Source: Podarcis muralis (lineage: Eukaryota). Taken from it: a DNA stretch of 64,000 nt. Every line of letters starts with the position of its first letter. The first letter of the stretch is position 1. The position numbers were made by a program, and so were the translations under genes. Shown piece after piece: positions 25,407-35,831 of the stretch. The stretch covers positions 37,262,001 to 37,326,000 of the forward strand of contig NC_135665.1 of NCBI RefSeq assembly GCF_964188315.1. Direction: 5' to 3'. The notes under the pieces were generated by a model. The model saw only the letters and a program-made list of their open reading frames with translations, was not told the origin of the DNA and made no database searches.

Positions 25407-26448
25407 ATCATCATCTCCAGCATGGGAAGAGGTTGTGTACTCCCAATGTGGGCACAACACACAAGTCTCCCTACAGAGGAAATGTGCAAGTCTTAACACA
25501 GTAGAAAGGGTCAAAAAGAGCCACAGAAAAAAGCCAAGAACAAAAAAAGGCAGCCTCGCAGTTAAGTGTGATGTCAGTGAAACATCTATAAAAACAATTG
25601 CAAAGCTGAACCTTCTAAAAATATACGAAGTTGCACATCCCCAAAACACAAAATCAATATAATAAACTATTGGGGAGTGCCCAGTGCTGCCCAGGATTTT
25701 GAGAAACACTATTCAATAGATAGTGCAGTTTGTGAGTTTGGACCCATCATGCCAAAAATCAGGTGAAGTCACACCAAAGCAATGTTTCAGTCCACCATAT
25801 TTATTCAAAATGGTGGTCGGCATCCAAATAGTGATGACAACCTCCACCCCCACCCTGGGAAACTTCATGTCTACTTTGGTGACGATAAGATGAAGAAGTG
25901 TTTGCCTTTTAAACTGAAGTTTGAAGGAAAAGTTGCTTCATGTTCTCTAGCAATAGTCATAATTCAATTAGAAAAGTGCTTTGGGCTCCAGAGAATATCC
26001 AAAGGTGGGAAATGAGAGGAAGGTTGTGGGACGCTAAAATTAAAAACCATTGCTGCATTCCCTAGGAAATGAAAACTGTGCAGCTGTGGGTTTAGAACAA
26101 TTAGACACACCTAGAAGATCAAACCCAGATGCCAAGAATATGTTCCCAGGGAAGAAACAATAAACATTCTGACATCATGTTTGGTGATTTGTTTTTAAAA
26201 ATGCAAAGGTCTGTTGAGAGATATTTCACTCTGATAAAAATCAGCATCCAAACCATATGTCCAAATGTTTTCTATAGGTGGCTTTCCTGACCAGCTGGCA
26301 AAACACGCGTTTTGAACCAAGGAAAAGCCTTGGGAGGAACAGGCTGCAGTGTTCAAACGGACACTTATGGTTGAAAAGGAAGAATAAAAATATTGCAGCG
26401 ACATGTGAATCCAGATTGGTCTTCCCACAACTGTAATTAATGCTCTAC

Positions 26449-26452
<4 letters not shown>

Positions 26453-26487
<35 letters not shown>
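26453..26487. repeat. (TA)n microsatellite
   Basis: Seen directly. Confidence 0.98.
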
Positions 26488-26489
<2 letters not shown>

Positions 26490-26949
26490 GGGAGAATAGA
26501 TTTGAGTAAACCACACAAAAAATTAACACCGAGGGAGAAGGGAAAGGTTTTACGTCAGAAACAGAAACTGAATCTTAAGCCCAATTTCCCAATATTACAG
26601 TTGTGCAAAATGAAAAATTGCCAAAACTGTGATCTGAGCACCTGAGGTGTTTTAAAACTTAAATCAAGAGTTGAATCTGCTGGCTGAATCCCATCTCTAA
26701 TCATAACCACACTGAATGATTTATAAGGCCAAACATAAAATTACTCCGCTGTGGGGCTTATGGGAACATTTGGAAGATGAGGTTGCACGTACGCAGAAGA
26801 GCTTCCAGGTAGGAGCCTACTATTAACTTTAGAAAGCTTTCCACAGCAGGGCAACCACAGGGCAACAACATGACGGGCGTACGACTTACAGATTTCTTGC
26901 AGCCACTTTGGTGGAACATGTAGATTGCTATTAGAATGCTTCCATTTAT

Positions 26950-27001
26950 ATTTAGTTGGAAGCCATCTAAGTAGCCAGGGCAACCCAGTCAGATGAGTGG
27001 C

Positions 27002-27058
<57 letters not shown>
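26950..27058 (+). repeat. L2-type 3' terminus plus (ATT)n microsatellite (27004-27058)
   Basis: ggaagccatctaagtagccagggcaacccagtcagatg followed by about 18 ATT units; accounts for the poly-Ile ORF 26741..27067. Confidence 0.75.
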
Positions 27059-27060
<2 letters not shown>

Positions 27061-28482
27061 TTACCATTGTGGGGCCAAGTCTTGCTCATTACATGGCTCT
27101 CCTCCAGTTGTCACACTTGCGTATCTTACTCCAGTTTATGCAAAAACTGTTTTGAATTCTCAAGATGAGTAGCAAAGGTCTCATTAATTGATAAGGGATA
27201 TGAGCTTCAGAGAAGCACCCTAACAGATGATGAAATGTAAATCAAAACACCATTGTAAAGGGAAATATAAATAAAGATAGCTAGGACAGGGGGGAAATTT
27301 CAAAACTGAAAATACAGTTATGACAATTGAGATGATATGACATTTTGCTTACACAAACGCTTTGCATGGAATAAATTGTATACATCAAAACCCTTTAGTT
27401 AGGTCATGAAGTATTAACATTTTACAATATACAAAATCCTCATTATCTACTTCTATAACTCTTGCTCTCTGTAGACTTTTTTTTTTTTTTTTTGCATTGG
27501 GTCACTTAGTGAGTAAACACTGGTGCTTAAGGAGAGGCCCAAGATACTGTAATTAAAACTATTATTTGGCAAGACTCTATAGAGGACAAGCAGGAAATCT
27601 ACCCAGACTAATCCGTCTCCAGCCCCACATGGAACTATTACCCTTGTCTGGCAGTCTGAGTGCCTGGAATGAAAAAAAGCAAGAATATAGTTTTTAAAAA
27701 CAAAACAAAAATAATAATAAACCCCGGTAGCAGAACATAATTCACTTATAGTCTTATGGGCATCAAATTGGAAGGTGACCTTTTCTTAGCCTTTTGTTCA
27801 GCTAGCAGCTAAAGAGGTTTCTTCAGCACGCTAATGGCTCTGAGTTCCTTGCTGGCTCAATGGCTTTTGAGAGATGGAGGTGTTGTGTAATGCCCCAAAG
27901 GCCTGAGATGAGGAAAGGCCACGCAACTCGGGACATGATTCATGCCCTCAGAAAAGCACTCGGCTTAAGCTGGCCACCTATGTATTTAATAAATGTATTA
28001 GCCAACAACCAAAATACAGTATTTTCCCATGCTGGGTTATGACATTTAAAACCATATAAAACACAAACACTATAATCACTGTCATAATACCAGCAGTAAA
28101 AAACAAAACCCCGTTTCAAATCCTTATTCATCATTTGATTTCTTTACATATAGAGTGGGTTACCATGAAACACTAGGCCATAACGATGACTCAGCTTGAA
28201 TCCCTGAGTTTGTTGGTTCCTCTTCTTGCCTCCAGCTGCAATCCTGCCTTGAGCTAAGCTACCGATCGACACAGAACAAGGGCAGGGAACTGGATCAGGT
28301 CTGTGGTACAGATCCTTCCCTTCCCTAAATCTTGCAGCCCAAATTTGACTGGTGCGTGGGGCTGCCCACCTGTTATCGCATGGCATCAAAATGATATTGG
28401 GATTTCAGACCTCCCCACAGGGCTTGCCAAGAGTGCCTTTGAAGTGCCTCTCATCAGCTGAGGCTTGAAGCTGCTGCTTATA

Positions 28483-28708
28483 CAGTGGTACCTCGGGTTA
28501 CATACGCTTCAGGTTACACACTCTGCTAACCCAGAAATAGTGCTTCAGGTTAAGAACTTTGCTTCAGGATGAGAACAGAAATCGTGCTCTGGCGGCGCGG
28601 CGGAAGCAGGAGGCCCCATTAGCTAAAGTGGTGCTTCAGCTTAAGAACAGTTTCAGGTTAAGAATGGACCTCTGGAACGAATTAAGTACTTAACCTGAGG
28701 TACCACTG
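28483..28708. mobile_element. Tc1/mariner-type MITE, family A
   Basis: ta|cagtggtacctcggg ... gaggtaccactg|ta. Confidence 0.93.
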
Positions 28709-28854
28709 TACAGCCACAGGAATGGTTTGGTCCCTCCCCCTCCCCCCCGAAAACAAACATCCCAGGAGTCAAAGGCTGGAGTAAAGAGTCATTCACATAC
28801 ACACACACTATAGTGAAGGTTCCAGACCCCTGTGAGGAGGGGATTTCAAAACTC

Positions 28855-28996
28855 CCCTGGTAGCTCAGTTGGTAGGGCATGAGACTCTTAATCTCAGGGT
28901 TGTGGGTTCAAGTCCCACGTTGGGCAAAATATTCTTGCATTACAGAGGGTTGGACTAGGTAGTCCCTTCCAGCTCTACAATTCTATGATTCTATGA
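28855..28996 (+). mobile_element. tRNA-Lys(CTT)-headed SINE with CR1-type tail
   Basis: Head tagctcagttggtagggcatgagactCTTaatctcagggttgtgggttcaagtcccacgttgggc closely follows tRNA-Lys(CTT); tail gggttggactag..gtcccttccagctctacaattctatgattctatg; 7-bp TSD aactccc. Confidence 0.88.
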
Positions 28997-29818
28997 ACTC
29001 CCACAATCTCTGACCATTGGTCATGACTGATGGGACTGACCTAGGAAGTTCTCTCTGTGTGAACAGTCTAGGTTATGGCTATTACAGATATCTGGCTAAG
29101 TAATACAGCACACACCCCTGGTGCTCTTAATATTACCAAACCATGCAACAGCTTGGTTGCTTGTAAAGTCAGACTAGTCCTGCTTCCGTAAGATATCCAA
29201 GTGTCCTCATCGCTGGGGGTAAGCAAGGCTGTCAGCTTGGGGAAGGACTTGCAGGAGCAAAGGTATCGACATATAATAATAAGCAGGCTGCTGTTGACAC
29301 AGGAACATTATCTAACCTGTCACTGGAGTTTTAAATCTTGGCTTTGGGTGTGACTGGGAACAAGTGCACACTCCCCAAACAGCACAGTTCCTCTATGCTG
29401 AAATGCTAAAGCTATCATGAAAAGAACAAATATCCATGCACACACAAACTCGTGTCGGCTGGGAACAACAGCGCACTATGGAAACAATGATGTCAACAGT
29501 ATTGACTGAGAGTAGCAACAGCCGGAGGTGCAGTTTAAAAAACAGTCAAGCACTCAACGGTTTGGAAATATTGCAGTGCAATAAGAAGTACAGCGAAGAG
29601 TGGGGATGTCAATAGCATGAGATGGAGAATTGGAGACGGGGGAGATCTGCTCTTGAAAATTCCACAGGGGTTGGAGGGAGGAGGCAAAGGCTTCCCCACC
29701 TTTCCCCTGTTTTCCCCCCTTCCTTAAATTAAAATTAATAGATGTTTCACGCACCAGCAAAATTTGCATTTCCCAGAAGCAACAGATAATTCATTTATCC
29801 CCATGTACCCCAAATTAG

Positions 29819-30174
29819 GGGATGCGGGTGACCCTGTGGGTTAAACCACAGAGCCTAGGACTTGCCGATCAGAAGGTCGGCAGTTCGAATCCCTGTGACG
29901 GGGTGAGCTCCTGTTGTTCGGTCCATGCTCCTGCTAACCTAGCAGTTCAAAAGCACGTAAAAGTGCAAGTAGATAAATAGGTACCACTCCGACGGGAAGG
30001 TAAACGGTGTTTCCGTGCGCGGCTCTGGTTCACCAGAAGTGGCTTAGTCATGCTGGCCACATGACCCAGAAGCTGTACGCCGGCTCCCTCAGCCAATAAA
30101 GCGAGATGAGCGCCGCAACCCCAGAGTCGTCCGTGACTGAACCTAACGGTCAGGGGTCCCTTTACCTTTACTTT
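29819..30174 (+). mobile_element. Sauria SINE, full length
   Basis: Perfect 13-bp TSD taccccaaattag (29806-29818, 30175-30187). Confidence 0.96.
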
Positions 30175-30800
30175 TACCCCAAATTAGAAAGCTTTCCATA
30201 TCTTGTAGCACATGCAAACTCACTTGCCCCTCTGCCCAATCTTGATATTGCCTTGGATATATGCATGTAATTAAAACCCAAAGCTCCCTCCTAGGTAGCA
30301 GGAAGATGGGGTGGGAAACCTCCAGCCCACAGTTTGCCGGAAGTTTGAATTTCACCCACTAGGATATTTTCCCCAAACCATGCTCTCCTATCAATCAACT
30401 GATGCCACTCTGAGGGGCAGGTGCCGTCAACTAATGGGTAGGGGCAGGGTTCAATTCTGTTCCACAGGGAACTGGCACATACAGCCAAAGCAGCAGGATT
30501 TAACCCCAGGATTTAACCCACCCACCCACTTTCTTATCAGTTGAGTGGGTAGTTTAATCCTACTCAGACCCTTGTAGAAATCAGGACTGAACTATCTGCT
30601 CGTCTGCAGAGAGTTTAATCCTGCTTAGTGTTGCTTCGCCCCTGTGGGTGGCAGGTGGGTGGCACTGACCTGTCACATAGTATAATTATCATATCAGATG
30701 ATTGACAGAAGTGTGGCCCCACCCATCTGTCAAAGCTGACCCACAGAGGTGGGAGGAAATGAAGATCTGGCTCACCAGGCCAGATCTTCATTTCTGAAGA

Positions 30801-30938
30801 TACCTTCAAGGTATCTGAAGAAGTGTGCATGCACACGAAAGCTCATACCAAGAACTAACTTAGTTGGTCTTTAAGGTGCTACTGGAAGGAATTTTTTTGT
30901 TTTGACTATGGCAGACCAACACGGCTACCTATCTGTAA
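30801..30938 (+). mobile_element. Penelope-like element terminal fragment
   Basis: ctgaagaagtgtgcatgcacacgaaagctcatacc...ttagttggtctttaaggtgctactgga...ggcagaccaacacggctacc matches the recalled short reptilian Penelope-like terminal repeat. Confidence 0.8.
30810..30849 (+). ncRNA. Minimal type I hammerhead ribozyme motif
   Basis: GGUAU (stem I, 30810-14) CUGAAGA (core) A GUGUGC-AU-GCACAC (stem II) GAAA (core) G-CUC (palindromic AGCU mini stem III, CUC cleavage triplet) AUACC (stem I partner, 30845-49). All core bases present and stems I and II perfectly complementary. Confidence 0.85.
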
Positions 30939-32423
30939 CAGGCCAAAAAGGTTTGCCAACAATAAGATGTGATTGCTTCTCTTTTGAATAACACCACCCC
31001 CCCAAAAAAACCACCCTCATCATAACTAAAGCAATACTACCCCTGAAGAACAGTCACCCAGTTTTAAAAGCAGAGGAGTCTTTTTTTAACAAACAAATCT
31101 AAAACATGGTCCTATTTAATCGTCTATTATAACAGTTGTCGAAAGCATAGAACTAATGAGCTCAACAGAGATGGAGGTAAAGACCCAAAGATCCACGAGA
31201 TTAAGGACAACAGTTGCTGATGCTCTTCTACAAGCATATACAAGTTCCTGGAATGCTATAATAGCAGGTTCTATAGCAGATTTAGATTCCGTTCTGCCTT
31301 TCTCGCACGGCAGAGGATCTTACATCCAAGTAGCTATGCTTTCAACTGGGCTGAAAATACTGAATCTGCTGCCACAAAATGTCAAGATCTAAAGAGGCCA
31401 CTCCAGGCTGTCCACATGCCCCACTAAGTGCACGCACCTGAATCAATTTACTGTGTGTAAGTGGAGTGTATTTTACAGCTCGCCGAGTTCACATGCAATT
31501 CCTACCGAAGGAATTTCTGATGATTCATTTTAATTTAATCGGACCACATGCCGGAGTAATTGTGCACCTGTCAAGACATTCAGGCACTTGTTGGAATATC
31601 TGTTGATAGTCAAGTTTAATGGCTTGCCACTCAACGAAATGGCAAGGTAGAAAAAAGCAGCCTCCGCTGGCATTTAACCGCAGCACCAGACTATCCAAAG
31701 TATTTATGATGTGTACCTAATTAAGCAGGGTGGAAAGTAAGTTTTCTTATGTGTTATGCAATCGCCCACTCACTTGGGAGCTATGTGCAAAACAACTGAA
31801 ATTTGCACTGCTGATTTAACAGTGCAGTGCAAAGGCATCTCTCATCCCTTTCAGAGTCTCAATGTGCTATTTGGATCAGCTACTCTCCTACAGGAGTAGG
31901 GAACCTTTTGGGCTTGAGAGGCCACACACCCTTCCTTATCTGGAACCAACCACCATGGGCCACTTTTGACAAGTGGGCAGCCCATCCTACCTGTCAATCG
32001 CCTGACATCCCACCCACCTGTCAAAGTTCAATGCGAAAAGCTTCACAGGCATGTGACAGCTGGTTGCCAGGGGCTATGGGGCTTTGTTGCTCCCATAGCA
32101 CCAAGTGGTTTCCATTGAAATAGCTGCCAAAACTGAGCTTTCCCCCTCATTTTCACAGCTGTTTCAATGGGAAACACTACTGGTGCAAGGCACACTTCCC
32201 TCAACCAGCAGCTGATGCGCTGGGGAGAGCACACCTTGATCCAGGAAAGGAACAATCAGGAGCTCACTTTAAGCTCCCGTCTGCTCCTTTGTACCCATGT
32301 CAGTACCTGCCTGACATGACATAGATGACATCAGGTGGGCATTGTGTAGGGGAAATGTCCTTGAAGACCAACTGGGGAGGTCTGGTGGGCCAAACTTGGC
32401 CTATAGGCCGGGGTAAAAGGTAA

Positions 32424-32813
32424 AGGGACACAGGTGGCGCTGTGGTCTAAACCACTGAGCCTCTTGGGCTTGCCGATCGGAAGGTCAGCGGTTCGAATCT
32501 GCGTGACGGGGTAAGCTCCCATTGCTTTATCTCAGCTTCTGCCAACCTAGCAGTTTGAAAGCAAACCAGTGCAAGTAGATAAATAGGTACCACTGCAGCA
32601 TGAAGGTAAACAGTGTTTCCATGCATTATGGTTTCCGTTGCGGTGTTCCATTGTGCCAAAAGTGGTTTAGTCATGCTGGTCACATGACCCAGAAAGCTGT
32701 CTGTGGACAAACGCCGGCTCTATCGGCCTGAAGCAAGATGAGCGCCGCAACCCCATAGTCACCTTTGACTGGACTTAACCGTCCAGGAGTCATTTACCAT
32801 TTACCATTTACCT
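32424..32813 (+). mobile_element. Sauria SINE, longer-body subfamily
   Basis: Head gggacacaggtggcgctgtgg; extra body segment ggtttccgttgcggtgttccattgtgcc shared with 44158 and 58455 copies; tail (TTTACCA)n. Confidence 0.95.
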
Positions 32814-33784
32814 TATAGGCTGAGGATACCCAACCCTACTGTACTATGTTTGTTTGTTCATCTATTTATTTATTGAATTTCTATCCCATCATTTCTCCGG
32901 TAGGAGCCCAAGGCAGCAAATATCAAGTGTATGGAGCTGGGCATATTGATAATTGCAACAGAGTCAGGGACAGCTCTATCACTAGGTAGACGGAGGCACA
33001 GGGGGAAGGCGGTGAGGTGCCCAACGACAGATCTCTGTGTGCTCCATGGCCTGCTTTGTACCCTCTAAGCTAACCTCCTGCCATCAAATGTGGTGGAAGG
33101 CATTGTCCCATTTCCTGTCGGCTTCTCTGCATGAAATGTGTGGGAGAGGTGAGGGTGGGATCTTGCCTCAGGCAGCAGAATTTCCTGGCCCCGCTCTGGC
33201 CAGAGTAGTGATAATATTCTATAATTCCTCTTCTGCTGATGGTGCATCATCTAGATGTGGAGCTCAAAGGCACTTTGATCTGAGAGAAAAAAGAAGCCAA
33301 GTGTTTTGATGAGATGCAGGGGGCGGGGACGAAGGGTGAAAAGGTGGAATATATCGGATAAAATTAAATACTGACTTTCCCCAGTCTGAATCCCCTTCGG
33401 GGCAGCAGATCAATTTCTCTTCTCATCAAAACTCACCTATATTGGCTGATCTTTTTCTTCTATTGGATTGCTGCCAGCACAGGGAGGACGGCCTTGATTT
33501 GAATTTCAGAGGCAAGATTTGCAGAGAGTGGAAAAGTCATCGGCAAAGTATGATAGGAGGAAAAGGGGAGGGAAGCAGAGCAGCCAAGGGGTTGAGCTTG
33601 ATTCAGTGTTGAGCAAGCTGCCCAGCTGCTGGCCACCAAGGATGCAAAAGCAGCATGGCAAAATATTTGCTGAGAATTCTAATCTGGAGAAGCAAAGAGG
33701 ACACTAGAATAAACAGTGCAGGGGAATCTGCAAAGGCCACTAGTGAAGGAAAAGACTTTGGCATAAAGAAGAGAAAATAATATT

Positions 33785-34102
33785 CCCACCCAGGGTGGCC
33801 CTGCCCTCTGCCTGCCCTTCGGAGCCGGCGCATCATGAGGACTGGGCCTCAGTGGCAACAGCCTCTCCTTCTCCTTTCCTACAAGCGGCCCAAGGGAGGA
33901 GGCCAGCAGTAGTGGCCATGGAGAGGCACCAGGGTGTTGCTTTGCCACTGCAGCCGCCACTCAGGAAAAGCCCTGGCTCATCCTCCTGCCTAACCTTGGT
34001 GGTGGCAGCACTGGCAGGGGAAAGAGGGACTTTCTGGGATCAAATCAAATTTCGTAATTCTGGGACTGTCCCTGGAAAACTGGGACACTTGGAAGGTATG
34101 CT
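33785..34102. mobile_element. hAT-like non-autonomous element (cataccctccaa/ttggagggtatg terminal family), long form
   Basis: Ends gggacacttggaaggtatg; homologous in reverse orientation to 60325-60740 (both give the spurious peptide GTF.DQI..NSG..P.KLGH.EG); short forms at 37590-37716, 61195-61240 and 62292-62414. Confidence 0.65.
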
Positions 34103-34952
34103 GCAATAGTGGGAGGAGAACATAGCCCTTGTGTCTTAAGCCGTTGACCATCTTATCTTCCACAAATTTGCCTAACCCTCCTGTAATGCCCTTACAATTT
34201 GGTAGCCATCATAAGAACAAATACCACAGTCCACCCACCAGATATGCCCGCCCTACTTTCAGGCCTGCTGGAATCCACGCATGGAATAAATATTTACACA
34301 GTGTCTGCACAAATAAAGCTCATCATACATAGGCCTAACTCAGGCATGCATTAACCTACATAACGTCCAGGAAACAGCTTTTCATGCATAAGCCCCAATG
34401 CAAATGTTATGTTATGAATAGGTATGCATGCTCAGTCTGGCTTTCTCACTGTGCATAATCATGGCCTATAGACTATACATGGGTTGACAAAATACCTCCT
34501 CTTTCGTTATATCTGGAAGTATGCATAGTGTTTTAGAGAATAATAATAATAATAAGTTTTGATGTTAGAGGGGTTTTTCTAGGTCACTTTCTGACCAGAA
34601 TAAAATTCAAGCAAAAATATTACTTACAAAATTTTAAGACAACGAAACCTTAACATTTTAAAGAAGACTAAAAGTCAAATACATCTGTGTTCCTGCCACA
34701 AATGTCAAAGAGAGCAAGAGCAATTGGGGGGGGGTAGCGCCTCTTTAATTTTATTTAATTCATAAAATGTATACAATGCTTGACAGTACAAAACTGCAAG
34801 GCATTTTACAAAAAGAATAAAACAATAAAATTATTGATAAAAACAGTTAAAACAACTATTTAAAACATAAAAAACAATGATAAACTAAAAACATTAAAAA
34901 CACACACCAACATGCTACATATCTGGGTAGGCTTGGCTAAACAAAAATGTTT

Positions 34953-35831
34953 CTTGTTGTTTTTTAGTTGTTTAGTCGTGTCCGACTCTTCATGACCCCA
35001 TGGACCAGAGCACGCCAGGCACTCCTGTCTTCCACTGCCTCCCGCAGTTTCGTCAAACTCATGCCGGTAGCTTCGAGAACACTATCCAACCATCTCATCC
35101 TCTGTCGTCCCCTTCTCCTTGTGCCCTCCATCTTTCCCAACATCAGGGTCTTTTCCAGGGAGTCTTCTCTTCTCATGAGGTGGCCAAAGTATTGGAGCCT
35201 CAGCTTCACGATCTGTGCTTCCAGTGAGCACTCAGGGCTGATTTCCTTCAGAATGGAGAGGTTTGATCTTCTTGCAGTCCATGGGACTCTCAAGAGTCTC
35301 CTCCAGCACCATAATTCAAAAGCATCAATTCTTCGGTGATCAGCCTTCTTTATGGTCCAGCTCTCACTTCCATACATCACTACTGGGAAAACCATAGCTT
35401 TAACTATACGGACCTTTGTTGGTAAGGTGATGTCTCTGCTTTTTAAGATGCTGTCTAAAGGTAAAGGTACCCCTGCCCGTACGGGCCAGTCTTGACAGAC
35501 TCTAGGGTTGTGCGCCCATCTCACTTAAGAGGCCGGGGGCCAGCGCTGTCCGGAGACACTTCCGGGTCACGTGGCCAGCGTGACAAACCTGCATCTGGCG
35601 AGCCAGCACAGCACACGGAAACGCCGTTTACCTTCCCGCCAGTAAGCGGTCCCTATTTATCTACTTGCACCCGGGGGTGCTTTCGAACTGCTAGGTTGGC
35701 AGGCGCTGGGACCGAGCAACGGGAGCGCACCCCGCCACGGGGATTCGAACCGCCGACCTTTCGATCGGCAAGCCCTAGGCGCTGAGGCTTTTACCCACAG
35801 CGCCACCCGTGTCCCCTAAGATGCTGTCTAG
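34953..35831 (-). mobile_element. Bov-B (RTE) LINE, 5'-truncated 3' end (about 506 bp excluding nested SINE), ORF2 C-terminus intact
   Basis: Translation LDSILKSRDITLPTKVRIVKAMVFPVVMYGSESWTIKKA..FELWCWRRLLRVPW..YFGHLMRR..RGRQRMRWLD..KSRTRLNN is the Bov-B RT C-terminal region; (CAA)-type tail. Confidence 0.97.
35456..35815 (-). mobile_element. Sauria SINE, young subfamily, nested in Bov-B
   Basis: 14-bp TSD taagatgctgtcta (35444-35457, 35817-35830) made of Bov-B sequence. Confidence 0.96.

Noticed and set aside
26741-27067. ORFs with poly-Ile, poly-LS, poly-YI or poly-His tracts (also 12553, 20795, 26195, 44531, 50489, 50870)
   Set aside because: Translations of microsatellites.
28854-28926. 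Possible functional tRNA-Lys(CTT) gene
   Set aside because: Acceptor stem pairs poorly, T-loop reads GTTCAAG, CpGs are decayed, and it runs directly into a CR1-type tail with a TSD, so it is a SINE head.
34964-35524. 186-aa ORF as a host gene
   Set aside because: Chimera of Sauria SINE antisense-of-display sequence and Bov-B RT C-terminus; antisense ORFs 34968..35339 and 38833..39267 are shadows of the same element.
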